Part shown: piece after piece, positions 59,279-64,000 of the stretch | How positions within the stretch are numbered: position 1 is the stretch's first letter | Layout of the letters: every line of letters begins with the position of its first letter | NCBI GenBank assembly: GCA_963843575.1 | Contig: CAWJKZ010000013.1 | Span: 128,001-192,000, forward strand | DNA: 64,000 nucleotides | Direction of reading: 5' to 3' | From: an uncultured Acidobacteriota bacterium | Lineage (GTDB): Bacteria > Acidobacteriota > UBA6911 | Translations under genes and position numbers: made by a program | Notes under the pieces: generated by a model | The model's database searches: none | What the model was told of the DNA's origin: nothing | Seen by the model: only the letters and a program-made list of their open reading frames with translations

Positions 59279-61324
59279 ATGACTATGAGGGCGAAGAGAC
59301 CGACGGCGGTTCTTCTCTTTCTTTCTTTTTTCTCGATGGCGGCGCTAGGAATTGCCGCGTTTGTGAATGACTCGGAGAAGGTTTACAGTGCCATGGAGAA
59401 GGCCTTTTATCTCTCTCCTGAGGATGGTATCTGGATCCGCCCGGGTGTGAATCTAGCGATCCAGAACATCACGATACCGGCAGACCGCAAGCCGGTGGTT
59501 ACGTTCAGGATCACCGACGACAAGGGGCAGGGGTTGGATCGGACGGGTACGCTCACTCCCGGCACCGTCACGACCAGCTGGGTTTTCGCCTACATCCCGG
59601 AGAATGCCACGCAATACGTCGCCTACACGGTCCGAGCCCAGAAGAGCCCGATCACGAACGTGACGGAAATTCAGGCGTCGAGCGACCAGAACGGCAAGTA
59701 CGCCAGCCTGGGCGACGGGACCTACACCTACACATTCGGCACGACGCTCCCGGCCGCGTACGACACGACCGCGACCCACACGCTGGGCGTCTACTCGGTG
59801 CGTGACCTGCGCGAGTTCGGCCTGAGCCGCTACATCACCAACGTGCTGAACACCTTTGTGCCGGACGGCCGCGCGGTCACGAAGACCCGCGACGTCGTGC
59901 GCACCGCGGCCTGCAACCAGTGCCACGACCCGCTCGGGCTTCACGGCGGTTCGCGCCAGGACGTGCTGCTCTGCAACCTCTGCCACACGCCGCAATCAAA
60001 GGATCCTGACACGGGCAACACCGTCGACATGAAGGTGATGACGCACAAGATCCACATGGGCGCGGACCTGCCCAGCGTGCAGGCCGGGCAGCACTACCAG
60101 ATCATCGGCAACCAGCAGAGCGTCAACGATTACTCCGACGTCGTCTTCCCGCAGGACATTCGCAATTGCACGACCTGCCACAAGGACACGACCCAGGTCA
60201 ACAACTGGCTGCTCAACCCGACCCGGGACACCTGCGGCTCCTGCCACGACAACATCGACTGGACGAGCGGCAAGAACCACGTGGCCGGCCCCCAGCCTGA
60301 CGACCGCTACTGCGCCAATTGCCACTGGCCGGAGAGCGACTACGAGTACGACGCGACCATCGCGGGCGCTCACGTCCCACCCTACAAGTCGAAGCAGCTG
60401 TTCAACCCCAAGTTTGAAATGCTCGAAGTGACCAACACGGCTGCGGGCCAGTCCCCGACCGTCAAGTTCAAGGTCACGGATAAGACCGGCAAGGCAATTG
60501 CCCCCGCCATCATGGGCGGGACCTCGGGCCGCCTGTCACTGACCCTTGCAGGCCCGACCTCTGATTACCGCTGGTACCTGACCGAGGCGGCTAACACCGC
60601 GGAGTACGCCGACGGCGTGGCCACCTACACCTTCAAAGGAGTGATCCCGGCGACGGCCACGGGCACCTACGCCGTGGAGGCGGAGGGCTATCTTAACGCC
60701 ACTCTCAATCCCGGTACCGAGAAGCAGTTGAGCTACCGCGACGCATTTGATAACGTTGTAAAGCCGTTCGCGGTGACCGGAACGCTGGAAAACCGGCGCA
60801 CTGTGGTCGATCTGGCGAAGTGCAACAAGTGCCACGACAAACTGCAGCTGCACGGCAACAACCGGAACCAAATCGAAGCGTGCGTGGTTTGCCACAACCC
60901 GGCGACCACCGACGCGGCCCGCAGGCCCGCGGCAGCCCTCCCCGCGGAAGCGATCGACATGAAGATCATGATTCACAAGATCCACACGGGGGCGGAGCTG
61001 GCGAACGATTACACCGTCTACGGCTTCGGCAACACCGCAATCAACTTCAACGAAGTCGGTTACCCGGGCGACCGCCGCAATTGTCTCGGCTGTCACGTCG
61101 GGACTTCCTACCAGGTGCCCCTTGCTGCCTCGGTCACCTCGTCCACGACGCCGCGCAGCTTCTGGGATCCCATGAAGCCCACGTCGGCGGCGTGCCTGGG
61201 GTGCCACGACTCTGTGGACGCGGCCGCGCATGCGTTCGTCAACACGGCGACGTTCGGAGAGGCCTGCTCGGTCTGCCATAAGGAAGGTGCGGACGCTGCG
61301 GTGACAAAGGTCCACGCCCGATAG
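59279..61324 (+). CDS. OmcA/MtrC-family decaheme cytochrome c
   Basis: Ten CxxCH motifs in two clusters of five, each preceded by a beta-rich domain (PVVTF.ITD, PTVKF.VTD); HKIH motifs; GGAGG RBS. Confidence 0.88.
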   Translation: MTMRAKRPTAVLLFLSFFSMAALGIAAFVNDSEKVYSAMEKAFYLSPEDGIWIRPGVNLAIQNITIPADRKPVVTFRITDDKGQGLDRTGTLTPGTVTTSWVFAYIPENATQYVAYTVRAQKSPITNVTEIQASSDQNGKYASLGDGTYTYTFGTTLPAAYDTTATHTLGVYSVRDLREFGLSRYITNVLNTFVPDGRAVTKTRDVVRTAACNQCHDPLGLHGGSRQDVLLCNLCHTPQSKDPDTGNTVDMKVMTHKIHMGADLPSVQAGQHYQIIGNQQSVNDYSDVVFPQDIRNCTTCHKDTTQVNNWLLNPTRDTCGSCHDNIDWTSGKNHVAGPQPDDRYCANCHWPESDYEYDATIAGAHVPPYKSKQLFNPKFEMLEVTNTAAGQSPTVKFKVTDKTGKAIAPAIMGGTSGRLSLTLAGPTSDYRWYLTEAANTAEYADGVATYTFKGVIPATATGTYAVEAEGYLNATLNPGTEKQLSYRDAFDNVVKPFAVTGTLENRRTVVDLAKCNKCHDKLQLHGNNRNQIEACVVCHNPATTDAARRPAAALPAEAIDMKIMIHKIHTGAELANDYTVYGFGNTAINFNEVGYPGDRRNCLGCHVGTSYQVPLAASVTSSTTPRSFWDPMKPTSAACLGCHDSVDAAAHAFVNTATFGEACSVCHKEGADAAVTKVHAR

Positions 61325-61330
61325 GTTCTT

Positions 61331-62260
61331 ATGTTCACAAAACGTGTTCTGCAGATCACGCTTTTGTTTTCCACCCTGTTCGTCCTGGCGGGGATTCTGA
61401 CCGGCGCGCAAGCGCCGGCGCAGAATCCCCCCCAGGGGGCCGCCCCGGCGACCGGGAGCGTCAATAACGAGGACTGTGCCGTTTGCCACGAGGACGTCGC
61501 GAAGGCATTCGACAAGAACCCCCACGCGGTGCTCGAAAAAAGCCCGAAGTTCAGCATGAAGAACTCGTGCGAATCGTGCCACGGCCCCGGGGAAGCCCAC
61601 GCGAGCAACGACGGCGACCGCACCAAGATCATCACGTTTCGGGATCAAGCCAAAAAGCTCTACAACGAGCAGTGCCTGACCTGCCACCGGAAGCACCCCG
61701 AGGTGAACGGTTTCGCGGGGAGCGCGCACTCGAAGTTCGGGCTTTCCTGCACCGATTGCCACCGCGTCCACCGCCCGGCCCCGACGACTCGCCTGCTGCA
61801 GCAGCCGGTTAACAACCTGTGCTTCAGCTGCCACGTGCAGAGCCGCACCGATTTCTCGAAGCCCTTCCATCACCGGGTGCGCGAAAACTCGATGCGTTGC
61901 ACCGATTGTCATCAGCCCCACAGCGGCATCGATTCGCGTCAGGTCCGGACCACCAGCTTCGGCGACTCTCCCTGCTTCAAGTGCCACACCGACAAGGAGG
62001 GCCCGTTCGTATTCGAGCACGCTCCGGTCGTGATACGCGATTGCCAGGCCTGCCATCAGCCCCACGGGTCGAACAACTCCAAGATGCTCGTGCGCGCCAC
62101 GGTGCGGGCGGTTTGCCTCGAATGTCACACGACCAGCAACGGTGTCCTTGGGGCCTCTCCGCCGGCATTCCACGACATCCGCAGCCCCCGGTTCCAGAAT
62201 TGCACTACCTGTCACGTGAAGATTCACGGCTCAAACGCCGACGTGAAATTCCTCAGGTGA
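61331..62260 (+). CDS. DmsE/MtrA-family periplasmic decaheme cytochrome c
   Basis: Signal peptide; ten CxxCH motifs; CESCHGPG, GPFVFEHAPV and CHVKIHGSN signatures. Confidence 0.92.
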   Translation: MFTKRVLQITLLFSTLFVLAGILTGAQAPAQNPPQGAAPATGSVNNEDCAVCHEDVAKAFDKNPHAVLEKSPKFSMKNSCESCHGPGEAHASNDGDRTKIITFRDQAKKLYNEQCLTCHRKHPEVNGFAGSAHSKFGLSCTDCHRVHRPAPTTRLLQQPVNNLCFSCHVQSRTDFSKPFHHRVRENSMRCTDCHQPHSGIDSRQVRTTSFGDSPCFKCHTDKEGPFVFEHAPVVIRDCQACHQPHGSNNSKMLVRATVRAVCLECHTTSNGVLGASPPAFHDIRSPRFQNCTTCHVKIHGSNADVKFLR

Positions 62261-62280
62261 GGACACAGGAGCTAACAACC

Positions 62281-64000
62281 GTGATGCGCATGGCCCGCCA
62301 ACATATGTCGCCTGCTGCCCGACCCTCGTATTTGACCGCCGCGGCGCTCATGATGCTGCTGGCTGTCGTTGCGGCGCCCCTGTCAGGACAGTCCCCCCCG
62401 CCGCAGGAACAGAAGCAGGAGCCTCCGAAGGAGTCCGCCAAGGAGCAGTTCCGTGCGGACAGGGAGGGGCAGATCCTGGCCCCGACCCAGACCCCCTCCA
62501 TTCCATCCGATGAAGGCTTCACCCTTGGCGCCTACCAGGGTCATGCCGACGTCGAACTCGGATATCGCTGGCGTTCGGACGTCTCGGGTAACACCGATGT
62601 CTACCGGAGCATGGTCAACCTCGGGAGCGGCCCGAAACTGCTTCGGTCGAACTTCTCGTTGCGCTCCAACTACGGTGCCGGTACCCTGTTCGACCGGTTG
62701 GACGTTTCCGCAAACAGCTGGGGCGGCGACCCGTACAACACCCTCCGCATCAGCTTCGGCCTTTCGGACAAGTACGAATTTCGCGCGAACTACCGCAACC
62801 TGAACTACTACAACTATCTGCCGCAGTATGCCAACCCGCTGCTGCTCACCCGCGGCATCGCCTTCGGGCAGCACAGCCTGAATGTCACCAACCGCACGAG
62901 CGACTTCGAATTGAAGCTGTTCCCCAACAGCAGGGTCCGCCCCTTCGTGGGCTATTCGCGCAGTTCCGGCTTCGGCCCCGGCTTCACCACCGCGGAGTTC
63001 ACGGGGAACGAATTCCTGGTGGAAACGAACTGGCGCTACTCGTCGGACGACTATCGGGGCGGCGTCGAAATCTCGCTCCCCAAGACCGTCTTGACAGTCG
63101 AGCAGGGCTATAGGACCCTGCGCAACGACACCGGCGTCGATTCCGGCCCGAACAACGGCAACAACCCCAATGCGAGGTTCCTCGGAAACCCGGTCTTCCT
63201 GACCTCGCTCGACCGCGGCTACCACGACCGCACTACCCTGCCGTTTACCAAACTGGTAGCGAAATTCACCCCTTTCCGGTCGCTGAAGGTCACCGGCCGG
63301 TACATCTACTCCATGGCCGACCTCGACTCCAGTTACGGCGAGGTCACGTCGGGAGCGTTCGCCAACCTCGCGGAACGGCTGGTTTACCGGGCTGGTCTGG
63401 ACAACTTCGACACCCACGCCAAGCGGCCGGACCACAACGGCAGCTTCCTGGTCGAATTCTCACCCTTCAGCAGGCTGACCCTTCTCGACCAGTTCGAGAG
63501 CCGCAACAATCACACGAGCGGGTCCGCCCTGCTGGCGTCGATCTTCTACGGCTCACGCTCGTTGGCCGGACCCGGTCCGACGAGCGATGCCACGATCACC
63601 GACCTCGCCCGCTCGTACCTCGCGTTCAACCGGCTGAGCAACCTTGCCGAGGCCGAGTTCGACCTCCGGTGGGGCTTTGCCGTCCGCGGCGGCTACCGGT
63701 ATACCAATGCGGATGCCACGGTGGGCGACGCGGAGGGGAGTGACCTCATCGAAGGGGAAAGTTCCTCATACTCGCAAAACACGGGCATCGTCGGGGTGAC
63801 CTACCGGAAAGCCCGCTGGCTCCGCCTTGGTTTCGATTACGAGAAGAACGACACGAACGGCACGCTTACCCGGACCGATCTCCTGAATTTCGATCGTCTC
63901 CGGTTCGACTGGCGCGTCGGCTCCTGGCATCACTTCAGCACCAGCGGAAGGATCTGGGGTCTGCGCAACAGCAACGACCAGAGCGACATCGATCTCCAAT
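62281..64000 (+). CDS. MtrB/PioB-like outer-membrane beta-barrel (partial, runs off the right edge)
   Basis: Open frame absent from the ORF track because no stop lies in the window: signal peptide, then ELGYRWRSDVSGNTDVYRSMVNLG, WGGDPYN and alternating aromatic beta-strands; AGGAG RBS; directly after the MtrA-like gene. Confidence 0.78.
   Translation, partial: MMRMARQHMSPAARPSYLTAAALMMLLAVVAAPLSGQSPPPQEQKQEPPKESAKEQFRADREGQILAPTQTPSIPSDEGFTLGAYQGHADVELGYRWRSDVSGNTDVYRSMVNLGSGPKLLRSNFSLRSNYGAGTLFDRLDVSANSWGGDPYNTLRISFGLSDKYEFRANYRNLNYYNYLPQYANPLLLTRGIAFGQHSLNVTNRTSDFELKLFPNSRVRPFVGYSRSSGFGPGFTTAEFTGNEFLVETNWRYSSDDYRGGVEISLPKTVLTVEQGYRTLRNDTGVDSGPNNGNNPNARFLGNPVFLTSLDRGYHDRTTLPFTKLVAKFTPFRSLKVTGRYIYSMADLDSSYGEVTSGAFANLAERLVYRAGLDNFDTHAKRPDHNGSFLVEFSPFSRLTLLDQFESRNNHTSGSALLASIFYGSRSLAGPGPTSDATITDLARSYLAFNRLSNLAEAEFDLRWGFAVRGGYRYTNADATVGDAEGSDLIEGESSSYSQNTGIVGVTYRKARWLRLGFDYEKNDTNGTLTRTDLLNFDRLRFDWRVGSWHHFSTSGRIWGLRNSNDQSDIDLQ

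Overview
GC-rich bacterial chromosomal window, most consistent with an Acidobacteriota-like organism (inferred from gene content, not verified). In order it holds: (1) an M14 peptidase and an EamA transporter; (2) a ~35 kb surface-glycan locus (3.9-38.8 kb) with an O-antigen-ligase/TPR protein, a fused WbpL/WecA + WbpM/CapD gene, Wzx, Wzy, a Wzz-like protein, five glycosyltransferases, two N-acetyl-sugar amidotransferases with HisH/HisF2, and a fucose-salvage Fkp; (3) a signalling block with a GGDEF protein, a MinD/FlhG ATPase, an ECF sigma region-2/RskA fusion, TspO and four two-component proteins lacking DNA-binding domains; (4) leuS, a lipoprotein, egtD, a methyltransferase and dgoK; (5) a Rieske/cytochrome b/9-heme cytochrome operon divergent from an mtrC-mtrA-mtrB-like porin-cytochrome operon. 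The last block is the best candidate for an undescribed system: a quinol-to-cell-surface electron conduit fed by a bc-type complex. Eight single-base insertions between 48.8 and 57.1 kb break four genes, including essential leuS, and are most likely sequencing errors. Several intergenic palindromic repeat families are present, one with a nested MITE-like insertion. No rRNA, tRNA, CRISPR array or transposase was recognised. All family calls come from motif recognition by eye, not from database searches.
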